Position numbers and translations under genes: made by a program. From Paragordius varius (taxonomy: Eukaryota > Animalia > Nematomorpha), in contig OZ176051.1 of NCBI GenBank assembly GCA_964247055.1, positions 7,688,001 through 7,752,000 of the forward strand: 64,000 nt of DNA. The letters run 5' to 3'. Under the pieces are notes generated by a model, which was given only the letters and a program-made list of their open reading frames with translations, had not been told where the DNA came from and searched no databases. Of this stretch, positions 14,792 through 26,479 are shown one piece after another; position 1 is the stretch's first letter; each line of letters begins with the position of its first letter.

Positions 14792-17514
14792 CAGGGGTGG
14801 CCAACGAGGTGACCGCGGTCACTTTCGTGACCGCGACAACTCAAAAAGTGACCGCCTGAAAATATTTTTTTAAAAAAAATTTTATTGATTTTTTTCGGAT
14901 AATTGGCTACTTCTGAGCGAATTTAAATTTAAAATACAAAAAAATACGGTTTAAATTAAAAAAAACGTCTAAGAAAAGGGTGTAAAAAAATTATTTTATT
15001 AATTATAATTCATATGTTTTGGAGCATTTGCATTAAAACTTAAAATCAGTCATTTCCCTTGAATATATCAAAACTTTGAGCAAAGCTTATTCATAAATCA
15101 GAAGCATAATCGTGAAGTTAGATTTGATTTGATACACCAAAAGTAGGTTTTTAAAACTTATATTTTAGAATGAGCCAAAAAAAGTTGTACAGATACAAGA
15201 AAGATTGGGAGCATGAATACTTTTTTATTATGATAAATGAAACATGCACCTGTCTAATATTCAATAGTACTGTTGCTTTGCCCAAAAAGTCAAATATTGA
15301 AAAACATTATAGATCTCTGCATCCACATTACTCCAAAAACTACCCCTTACAAACTCAAGAACGCAACATTAAAGTAAAGGAATTAAAAGAACAATTATCC
15401 GCCTCACAAAATAGCATACTTAAATACAACAAAGACTATAAAAATGCTACGATTGCTTCATTCAAGTTAGCGGAAATACTCATTCGGAACAATAAGCCAT
15501 TCCAAGATGGTGAAATATTTAAATAAGCCTTTATTAGCGCTTGTGATATTTTATTTGAAAATTTTGATAACAAAAATAATATTATGACAGCTATTAAAAG
15601 CATAAGCTTATCGAGAAATACCGTTATGCGCAGGGCTGAAGATATTAGTAATAATCTTGATGAAATTTTACATGAAAATATTAATAACTGTATTTTTTTT
15701 CCTTGCAACTCGATGAGTCCACCGATTATGTTGGAATCGCCCAATTATGCATTTTTATTCGTATGATATTTAGTGATTTATCTGCAAAGGAGGAATTATT
15801 AACTATAATACCTCTCCACGAACGAACCAGAGGGCAGGATATTTTTGATTCTTTTTATAAATTTATAACAGATACGAAACTTCCCATCGTAAAACTCGCA
15901 TCTATAACTACTGATGGAGCTCCAGCTATGATTGGCGTTAACAACGGCTTTATCGCTTTATGTAAAAATCACAGTGCATTTCCCAAGTTCATTGATTACC
16001 ATTGTATAATCCATAATCAAGTTTTATGTTCAAAAGTTTTAAAATACCATCATGTAATGAACCCCTGTTTTAAAATTCTTAACGCCATTCGAACAAAAAG
16101 CTTGTCCCGCCGCCTATTTCGAATTTTGTTAAATGAGTGCGGCGTGGAATATGGAGAACTTTTATTACATACTGATGTAAGGTGGTTGAGTCGTGCCGCA
16201 TTTTTAATTAGATTTTGGCAACTTTTACCACAAATAGAAATTTTTTTAGAGAATTATAAATTTTCATACCCTGAATTGAAAGATCAAGATTGGCTGCTTG
16301 ATCTTGCATTTTTATGCGATATCACGGAAAAATTGCATAAATTAAACATCCAATTACAAGGAAAAGATAAAACAATTATGGATATGATGGGTGCTTTAAA
16401 ATCTTTTAAGGAAACACTAACAGTAGTAGAAACACAATTAAAAAACCGAGATTTAAAACATTTTTTTAATCTGGCAGCGGTGTCTGAAAAAATAGAGAAT
16501 CTCTCTTTTGAAAAATATGCAGATGATATTGGTCTGCTTATTAATGATTTTGAAAAACGATTTTCATCTATAAATAAACTTGAAGACATCGCTATTTTTT
16601 TATCATGCCCATTTAATAATAATAATAATGTTGAATATATTGCTCAAAAACTCAGCCACTTTCTTGGTGTACCAAATTTAGCAGAGTTGGAAGAGGAATT
16701 AATAAATAATGCGATATCCATCTAAAATCATTAGGATCAGATATATATAAATTTATAAATAAAGATAAATACCCCCATATTTGGAAAACCGCTGCATTAT
16801 TCAATTCTTTTTTTGGATCCACATATTTATGTGAATCGGCTTTTTCAATTATGAATGCTATCAAAACTAAACAGAGGTCACAATTAACTAATAAACATTT
16901 AGAATCATGTTTGAGAATTGCTTTGACTTCATTTGAACTTAATTTAGATAAACTTTCTGAATTTTTTCGCAGTCGGGCGTTTTAAATATTTTTTTCTTTA
17001 TTAAATATGGATGTTTATCGAGTTGTATTTTCGCTTAGGAAAAAGCCGATTTACTAAAAAATATGTGGATAGAATTAAAACTGATACAATTTTAATGTAC
17101 TCTTATTTATGTTCAAATTATGGTTCTAAATTGGAATGCTATTTTATTTCTTTTATTTTTTGTATCATAATGTATTCTTCCCTGTAATTTCAAATGCATT
17201 GTTTAAATTTTTATATTGTAAAATTTCATATAATAGAAATTTAATAAATAAATATTTTGAAGTGTTTTATGTTGATTAAAAATTTAAGGTAGTTAATAAC
17301 CCGTTGTCTTTTAATTAAAATTATTTTTGTATTTGGTTGATAGATAAAAAAATTACAATTTTAAAATGGTTTAAACAAGTCACTCTAATCTGTAAAGCAG
17401 GTATATACATCTGATTGAGTTTTTTTGATAAATATTTCTGGGTGACCGCGAACTCTTTTTTAACAAAAAAGCCAAAAAAAAAAGCTCGCGACAAAAAAAG
17501 TGTGGCCACCCCTG
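14792..17514 (+). mobile_element. Full-length hAT DNA transposon, Buster/Charlie/SPIN subfamily, non-functional
   Basis: 12-bp perfect TIR CAGGGGTGGCCA (14792-14803, inverted copy ending at 17514). Perfect 8-bp TSD GTCTATTC at 14784-14791 and 17515-17522, matching the nnnTAnnn Buster target pattern. Contains a hAT transposase. Confidence 0.96.
15170..16985 (+). pseudogene. Disrupted hAT (Buster/GTF2IRD2-like) transposase
   Basis: Degenerate BED finger (WEHEYFF..CLIF..NIEKHY..H), LQLDESTD, ITTDGAPAMIG, HCIIH, DVRWLSR and C-terminal FFGSTYLCESAFS..KTKQRSQLTNKHLESCLRI ending in TAA at 16985. Lesions: in-frame TAA at 15524-15526, a frameshift in the T-run near 15695 and a frameshift near 16705. 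Confidence 0.93.
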
Positions 17515-17897
17515 GTCTATTCTATAGGTATACGAAATAAGGGATATATTGGCTAAATATGGGTATTTAAATTGTTCTCATCTGTATATAAACTAAAATT
17601 ATCATTTAACAGATAGCCAATCCTATAATTAATATTAAAGAATTCTAAATTAAAACTACAATTTTATACGGTAATAGTTCAAAAATTTAAGGTAAAAAAA
17701 TTATTTTAAAGCTTTTTCTACACTTCTATGCACAAAATTGACAAACTCTTTAAAATTTTACGTATATGTTTTGCGTCTCTACTTTAATAAAAAAGTCATT
17801 AAAAAGTTATTAGTACTCAATTACTTTCATATTTTTACCTCTTACAAAAACATTATAAACATTCATCTTCCCCACCATTACTAAAAATAATTTGTAA

Positions 17898-18251
17898 ATG
17901 TTTAGTCCCTTCAAATCAATCAAATATATGGTTATAGCTGGCTCACTTTCGATTCTCACCTTACTTAGCGCTATGAATTGCAATAGCGATCCATCGTTGT
18001 GTAAATGTTTTCAACAATGTATTTACTCAAATTTGATGCAAGTGTGCCCATCACACTTTTATTATCATACCTTATTTACAAAACATCCTAGCTATAAAAC
18101 TAAAGATTATCCGCAAGCAGAGAAGCCAGAAAGGGAACCTTTAACAGGAAAAAGACACACCACCACCCAAAATTCTTACCTTAAAGTGCCATTCAACAAA
18201 AATTATAATAATTATTATCATTATCAATATCATAATTCTTATAATAAATGA
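17898..18251 (+). CDS. Putative small secreted orphan protein (117 aa), or the signal-peptide exon of the downstream gene
   Basis: ATG-initiated ORF with a hydrophobic N-terminus (MVIAGSLSILTLLSAMNC), a Cys cluster CKCFQQC..C, a TGKR motif and a Y/N/H-rich tail. A phase-1 donor at 18001 (gtaaat) could instead splice to the phase-1 acceptor at 18827-18828. Confidence 0.5.
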   Translation: MFSPFKSIKYMVIAGSLSILTLLSAMNCNSDPSLCKCFQQCIYSNLMQVCPSHFYYHTLFTKHPSYKTKDYPQAEKPEREPLTGKRHTTTQNSYLKVPFNKNYNNYYHYQYHNSYNK

Positions 18252-18767
18252 ATAAATACAACATTTTCTGTGAAACTTGGAAATTTATAAATGTAACAAA
18301 ATATGGAGTTAAATTTATTTCCTTGTAACCACTTATATGTAGTTCAAACAACTGTTTAATATATGAAATAGGTGTTTATTTAAAACCAATAAAGAGGAAT
18401 AAATTTTAATTGGATTTCATGAAAAAAAAAATCCCTAAAATGACTCATTTGATAAAATTTATGGGAAGTTTAGTGTCGCTAATAAGTTGTTGTTATCTTT
18501 TATTGGCCTTGCCCGAACATAACTTTTTAGTGGTTATTAAAGTATTAAATATATTAAAATAACCGAGAATGCAGATTTGGAATCAATCTAAAACATATCT
18601 ATTCTATTATAAATTTAAGGTTAGGTGTTTATGCACATAAAAGATAAGCAATATATGCCGATAACCTAGGTCGGTTTATCTAATGACACAATTAGCAGCT
18701 TCTATAATTTAATATAAACAAAATTTAATTTTTTTATTCTATATATTATTTATTTTCACAAACCTAG

Positions 18768-21700
18768 ATGATTAAAAGATTGTTTTACTTGTATTATATC
18801 CTTATTTATTTCACATATTGCCGAATAGTACCCGTTTTTAAAATACTAACACACCCACATTCTAAATCTAATATTACAGCCCTTTATGCATCAAACCATA
18901 GTATTATTTCTCAAAGAAATAACTTTACCAACTATTCAGCAGTTGCCAATTCATCGCATCTTAACATAACTTTAACAGACTATAATAAAATAGGAGGGGC
19001 GAAAACTTTTCAAAACAAAAACATTACAGAGAACATTACTAATCCAGCTATTCAAAGCATATCATTTTATATTATAAACGATGCACCATCCCCAAAAAGT
19101 TATACAGAAACATATAATTTTCCAAAAAAGTCATATCGTAAAAACACTGCTCCAATGTACCCATTTTGGTCGGGGGGATATAATGACAAAAAATTAAAAG
19201 TGCATAAAAGAGATAGTATTTTTGATAACTTTTTTATTACCAAAAATAAAATGAACAAACAAAATGTTAATAGACACCGCCACATGCCTTACTATAACGA
19301 AAGAGTTGTCAAATTAAAGCAATCTAACAAGAATTTGAAACATAAATTTTTAAGGTACATGGCTAAAAGGCACAATTTGAACAAAAAAATATATTCCACT
19401 TTTGGCAAGCTAAAACGACGTCCGAGAAAACACAAATTTCTAGACGACAAAAAGACAAGTAGCAATTTGCGACTTAGAATTTCCCACCGTTTATCGGAGA
19501 GAAGGGCAAGACCTGCCAATTTTAAACATGCCCGATATATGGGTCGTTACAAAGCCAATAGGAAAAGAAAAGACCATTATAAACGCCTTCGGAAACCTTT
19601 AAATCGATACGGTGGAGATGATGAGTATGTTCGAGGCGAAGATGATGTCCATTATGAAAAAGATGATGATTTTGTTATACCATATGGTCAAGGACCATCT
19701 GGTAAGCAGCAAAAATTTGATGAAACAGAATACTATACGAACGACGAAGAAGAAAATGGCCCATATTTAAGGAACCGAGAAGGTTTAAACTTTAGACTGT
19801 CTAGTAAACATATTTGTGTAAAAAAAAACAGAGTTACTACAAAAAAAAGATAATTTATAGTATATTATGCCTTAAGATAAGGTTTAAATTGGTATTTTTT
19901 AATAATTTTCCATTTGGAATTTATTACGCACTGAAGTAGAATCAAATGATAATATAATCACCTGATGATACAAAAACTCCTGATTTTAAAATTAATAAGT
20001 ATTATTTGCTGTAAACTGTAAATTTGAAAACTCTATATAATTAAATTTTTAACCAAAATATACATTAATCTGCCTTAACTATTTAATAGCTAGACAAAAT
20101 GTGGCGAAACTATTGAGATATGACTCTTTCAAATTGATATATAAATTTAGTTTAACCCTTGCCTAAAAGGTAGAATGCATATTTTAGATTTTGAGCTAAA
20201 ATCATTTTGCAACATTACCTAAAAAGGTAAGTATTAAGCATGCTATTTATTTATATATTATAGTAGTTATAGATTAAAGTCAAAAACTTTTATTTAATGG
20301 GTTTTTGCTTCACTTCCAAAGCGCGATCATACATATCATATATTAGCGTACGTTTGAATACACAAAAATAAATCCTTTTGTAAAAAATAAATCAACTTGA
20401 CTTCAATTAATAATTGGGTTTGACTAAGAATATTATAAATTTTAATTATGCATTAGAGGAGGATGATTTATCCGAGCCAATCCCATATAGCGAGGAAGAA
20501 AATACTAATCCCGAAGAAGCTTATGAGTATGAAGAAGGCCCAAGCGAAGGTTCCGATGATTATTATCCGCAAGGATATATGGATGAAAATGGGTTAGTTG
20601 TTATTTTATTCGATTATTTACGAGGTACTAATAGGGTTAGTTTTTTAAATTAATATACCGCTAAATATATTTATCATCATGATATGCCCAGTCATCAAAA
20701 TCTTAAATGTGAAATAATTGGCACTAAACCATACAAAATGAGGGTCACTGTTTTAATTGGTTTTAATAGTGTTAAAATAGTAAATTAGTAGCGAATTAAT
20801 TTGTTTATTTTTTTCATTTTCACTTTAGGTTTTAAACCACAGTTTTATATTATTTTTGTGCACGTGGAAATCACTGTTTTAAAGGTTTCGACTGGCTTTT
20901 AGCGTCAATCTAATTTATAGGCACAAAAGTTAAACGATATTTATTTTATAAGGATAAATTTTTAGAACAACAAAATAACTAAATAAATAATTTTTGAATT
21001 ATAACTGCTTCAAAATAAATCAGTTTTAATTATCCTGACCTGTATAAAATTATTATTTATGTAAAAAATGAATTTTATATCAATTACTTTATATGTTTCA
21101 ATGATAATTTTATAATATTATATTAACAGTAATTTGATTGGGTGAGTAACTTTTGAAGCTGTTATAATAATATCCAATTGCGGTATAAATACTTGAATAC
21201 AACACATTCATTTCTGTCCTTCTATTCAAATAGGGGTAGTTGGATACCCCAGGTGTGTTTAAAATTAAATACATTAACAAATTTGGAAGGAAAAACCATG
21301 GCAAAAGTGTGCACTTGTATAACATTAATGAACCGAAATATTAAAAAAATTTATTCTAAAATATTTGATACTACTTATTTTAAGTAAAACCCAAAGGTAA
21401 AATAAACCACTTTTTATGTTTCTGAATGTTAGATGTGTTTAAATAAAAAATAAGCTTTAATTTTTGGCTTTAAAATATAATAAACATGATATTTTGAAAA
21501 AATGTTGTATAAAATGGCGTTGAAGTAGTTTGATATAGAATGTTTTTTTCCAAACTAAATTTTATTGATATTTCGGCGTTATTATAAAATTTATATGAGG
21601 ATAGAAGGATAAATTTAAATTGGATTGTTTCTTTCAGTAGTTTTTAAAAATATCAACTTATATATATTGTCTGTGATATTTGGATACCCCAATTTTAATG

Positions 21701-23957
21701 ATGGTTAATTGAATCGGCTTTGTAAGTATTAAAGGCTGGTTATTATTTTTTGGTAAATACAAACTTAATCATAATTATATACTTGTGTTTCAAACTTAAA
21801 TTGTTCTTGTTAAACATATTCCTAACCCTAAATTTAAATATTTATAATAAGTAATGCTTTTAAATCATAATAGGTATAGCATTCTATTTACAGTACGCAT
21901 TTTATGTGACTTATTCACACTATAGTTGGTCGATTGGTAACACAGTATTGTATGGAAAAAACAACAATTAATAAACAATTTAAGATAGGAAAGTGTATTC
22001 AACATTTTGTTCTTTTCCATACTGTGTTGCCAATTGACCAACTTTAATGTGAGCATAAGCTCTTTCGTATGCTTTTCATATTATTTGAAAGATAAAAAAT
22101 ATTATTTGAGATACATATATAAATTTTAGAGAGGGCGAAAACGAAGAAGATTATGAATATTATTATGAACCGGTCTTTGATAAATCTTACGAGGAAAAGT
22201 TTGAGAGAGAATTTCGTTCCGATAAAGATATTGTGCAAGAGGACGAAGTGGATGAAAGTAGCCAACAAAACGCTTATCCAATGATGCCTCCATATGGGCA
22301 ACCTATGCCGTATGAATATGGACAACCAGGTAGTTAATCCGTACTCAAATGATAAAATATGTCAATTTTGTCGATCATAGTTTGAAACAATATAAAATCC
22401 CTTTTTAATTGATTACCGTTCACTTCATTTAATTTTTTTCTACAGGGAAACATCCATTTTTCGCAATTTTAAGTTGTTTAACTAATTATATTAAGCGGAT
22501 TGACCAAAATTTTAATATTGAAGAAAATTACCATAACCCCTCTATCATCATTTTTGATGATTTTGCCCAATTATTTCTGTTGCTAACGTTTCCATTCATA
22601 TTGATGGGTTTAAAAATTTTGACCATTGATATATAAAATTTTAGATATTAATTTCCTTGTTATTAATTTAATTGAAATCGATTTTCATTCCAATGAAATA
22701 TGATATTTTATCAACAAGCATGAAATCTTCAATATTTTCTTTATTCACCCCAATGTAGATATCAACGATCAGGAGGAATTTCAATACATGGATAACCAAC
22801 TAAACGATATAAATAATGATCAAATGCAGCATGTATATCAGCAACCAAATGTGCCTAGCATAGAAGTCAAAGGAAATTTCCAAACGATTGTTTACCGTTC
22901 CAACGGGAGTCACGAACAAAATTTTGAGGATTCTGGCTTGCTACTTGCTAAACCTGACGGATTGTCACAAAATAATAACCATAATGCTGGTGGTTTGGGT
23001 CAAAACCCGTATGATAATAATATATTACAGCCATTAACATTGGCAGACGATAAGGGTTTAATTGTTAAAAACATGGATGATAAGCTAGAGAAAAAGAATG
23101 TTAAAGAGTTAAAACTGGTTGATGCGAACAAACCTATAGCTAGCAATCAAAGAGTCATATTAATTGATACACGTTCTAATGGCGATAAAATAAATATTTT
23201 CCCTAAGAATATGCAAGTCTCGAATAATGATTTCCCAACAACTTATACTAACGCTACAGATTTTATTTTGAAACCAGGCGCTAATTCTGGTAAAAAATCT
23301 GAAAACATATTTTTCATGCCAAATCTATTTGCCGTGCCTCAATTTGACCAAAGCTCGCAGCAGATGCCAGGAAACGTTACTAAAGCAGTGTCAGATGCTC
23401 AATTTATGAACCGTTTTAAGGGTATACAAGAGCAAATAAATGGTAAAATCCCAAATATATTTCGGACTCAAACTTTGGTACAAGGAACAGATAAATCCTT
23501 TTATGATAACAGAGGATCAAATTTATTTCCAAGACAAGATACAATGATTGCGGCACTTAACAATGAAGACAGTGATAATGTAGTCAGTGAAGAAAACCAG
23601 GGGATTTTAGTGGAAAAGAAATTGGCTTCTATAACTCCTAACACCCTACAACTGGTGAGACATGTTACACCGGATGTTCGCCAATACGCTAAAGCGTTAT
23701 ACTCTAATCCCCTACTCTTAAATAATAAAAAACAAATATCGACTTATACGGCTAAAAGACCCATTATAAACCCATCGGCTTTTTTTGAATCTTCCCTAGG
23801 CAATCATGGGCCTTTATCCGCCCTCGGATCTAATAATGAATGGAAAATCATTGAAAATCGATTTGAAGATGGGCGTCGAATTTCAGATCATGAAATAAAT
23901 AAAGGTTATCAAATCCCAATGATGTTACCAAATATGTTCCCATACTTACGTTTTTAA
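18768..23957 (+). CDS. Orphan secreted low-complexity protein (~849 aa): N-glycosylated N-terminus, K/R/H-rich block, D/E/Y-rich block, N/Q-rich C-terminus
   Basis: Exons 18768-19782, 20457-20592, 22130-22329, 22759-23957 are GT-AG with phases 1,2,1 and total 2550 nt (850 codons) without internal stops. No recognisable domain. The first exon/start is uncertain (see 17898 ORF). Confidence 0.8.
21190..21731 (+). mobile_element. Degraded copy of the ~550-bp TTAA/CACT non-autonomous element
   Basis: Collinear with 41354-41905 (tggatacccc agg..aaaaccatggcaaaa..gcact..aggatagaag..ggatacccc aatttt); the ends are decayed. Confidence 0.65.
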
Positions 23958-24540
23958 ACAAAAGAGATTAAATATTATTAGTTTTTATACCATAAATGTA
24001 AATAAATGTAGTAATATATAGTTTTTTCTCTGATATAGATAATGTTTTAGCTCTTACACTATAATCAATGACAAAAATTATTAAGTGTATATATTTTCAA
24101 TTTTCGCAAAAAATCCTATTCAATTTCAATGCTCTATGTGGCTAATCGTAAATATGAGATTCTTAACATATTTTAAATAATTTACTAAGTATATGCCATT
24201 GATAATCAAAACTGTTTTTATGGCACAGCCACCAGTTTTTTCATCTATGAGGTCGTTTTATTCGATTTCTGTGAAACCTGATAATGGCGTTATTTTTAAC
24301 ACTCCATTACCTTTTAGGGTAATTTTATATCGCTGAGTGATTTGAAATTCGAAGGTATTAGGCCGAACTTTATTTAGCTTTTTAGCATCAAAAAAAACTT
24401 TTTTAAAAAAAATTTAATATTGTAAAAAACCATAATTTTTGGCGATATTTTTTTATATAATCTTTTTAAATAGCTAATTCAAAGGCAAATAAATGTATAT
24501 GGTTAGAAAAAAATAATTAACTTTAAAAATCTAGGTTATA

Positions 24541-24812
24541 TTTTACCAGCAAACACTTGATATATTTTCATTTTAATTTTCAGCTGTTCTTTCAATCGTT
24601 TGGTGCCCCAATTTTAGACTCTAGAAGGTACAAAACTGTAAAAAAATAAAAGCTTTCCTATCTACTACATGAGAACAATGTTTAATAATTAAATTTTAAC
24701 TAAAATAACTTTCAAAACAATGAGTAGTTTATTTACAATGAGCTTTGGAATATAAAACTACCCAAATATTTAAACTAGGACAAAACTGATAAAAGGTAGT
24801 AAAGTGTTAATA
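24541..24812 (+). repeat. Dispersed ~260-bp repeat, copy 2
   Basis: Direct similarity to 13941-14200. Confidence 0.7.
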
Positions 24813-26479
24813 TTGAATGGATTTTTTTACTGTTTTAAAAAATATATTAAAACCACTTTCATAATATCGATTCTAACGCACTAAAATATTTTAAGGTCCA
24901 TGATAGTTTTGAGTTTATATCATATTTTCAACAGGTATGTAGTGATAAGCCATCATAATTTAGAAAATATTATGCCCAATCAAAAGAAATAATGACTTTT
25001 TTATAAAATATTTATTAAAGAATAGTTTGTTTAACCATTAGTTGAATCAAAAATGCATATAGATTAAAAAACTTAGCTATAATTTTAAGACCCCAAATTT
25101 ATTGAACTTAAGAGAACTGCTGCGGGTTGAAGCGGGACCATTTATTAATATAATATCTGAGACATTGGAAAAGCTAATTACGCATATAATTAATTAAAGC
25201 TCTCTAAAAAATGCAAATTTTCCAATCTTTCGGTTTTTGATTACAAACGAACGTATAACTTTTATTAATTTTTTGATACGAAGTGAAATCATAAGTCATA
25301 AAAAATGTAAAAAAATAGTATGTAACTGAAGTACTATTGGAAAGTGAATACAGTTTATTGGAATTTTACGCTTAATAAATTTAATCTACCCTAAAAATTA
25401 ATTTTAATTTGGATATTTAATTATATTTTTATCAAAAAACTAACTATTAATTATAAGTTTTGCTATAATAAATACAATCAAAAATAATTATGTCATACAT
25501 ATTATTAATATATTACTCTTTTTCAAAAGTAACATTGCATACATGTATTAACGTAAAATTCAGGTCAATGATAACAGGTAAATATATATATATATATATA
25601 TAAATGTATTAGCTAATATTTTTTAATAATAATTATTTTGATTTTTCCATAATGTTACAAGATGGAAAAGGTTGCTTAGTTTTCTTAGGAGAGTTTATTG
25701 TTTAACACCATAATACCTTTATAGCTAATATCTATACAAATTAAGTTAAATTATGATTGAAATATTGAAATAAAGCTTTGTTAATAGGTATAAAAAATTA
25801 TTGAACATTTTGGAAATTTACCTGTTAATTATTTTCAGATTTAACTTTTTTATATAAAACAGGTAACATAATGAAAATGTCCTTCAAATCTCTATTTCTT
25901 TTTTTGCATATTATATATTTGTCATAAACTATTGATTTTTTCGCACTTTGATGTCACTCCGATAATAATGTTTGACGTAATTAATTGTGCAATAGATTTT
26001 GCCATAAAATAATTATAATTTCTTCACAATCATATTTATTTATATCTATCCATAATTTATTTGATATTAATTACATCGAATTCGCATTGAAATGAAAAGA
26101 TATTGGGGTTGATATGAGGTGCATTTTAAAACCCATCTTTAACCTATCATTCCATTTTTCTTATTAATATAGTTTAATGATCATATCATAGTCGAGCAAC
26201 AAGCAAGAGGGCGTACAAAAAATATATGTCTCCCCCCTTAAAAAATAAATTCATTATCTTTTGCAACTCTTAATATAGGTAATGATTGTAAATATCAATT
26301 TTCAAAATTAAATATATCATTTGTTACCAAACATTATCAAATTAATTAATTGATTGAATTAAGTGACCCTTTATGTTTCATACGCAATGATAGAATTGTG
26401 TTAAACAAAGGGAAAGAAATCCAATGTAGAATTGTGTTAACTAATTGCATTTCAATCGCCAACATTTTTGTACCCAAAA

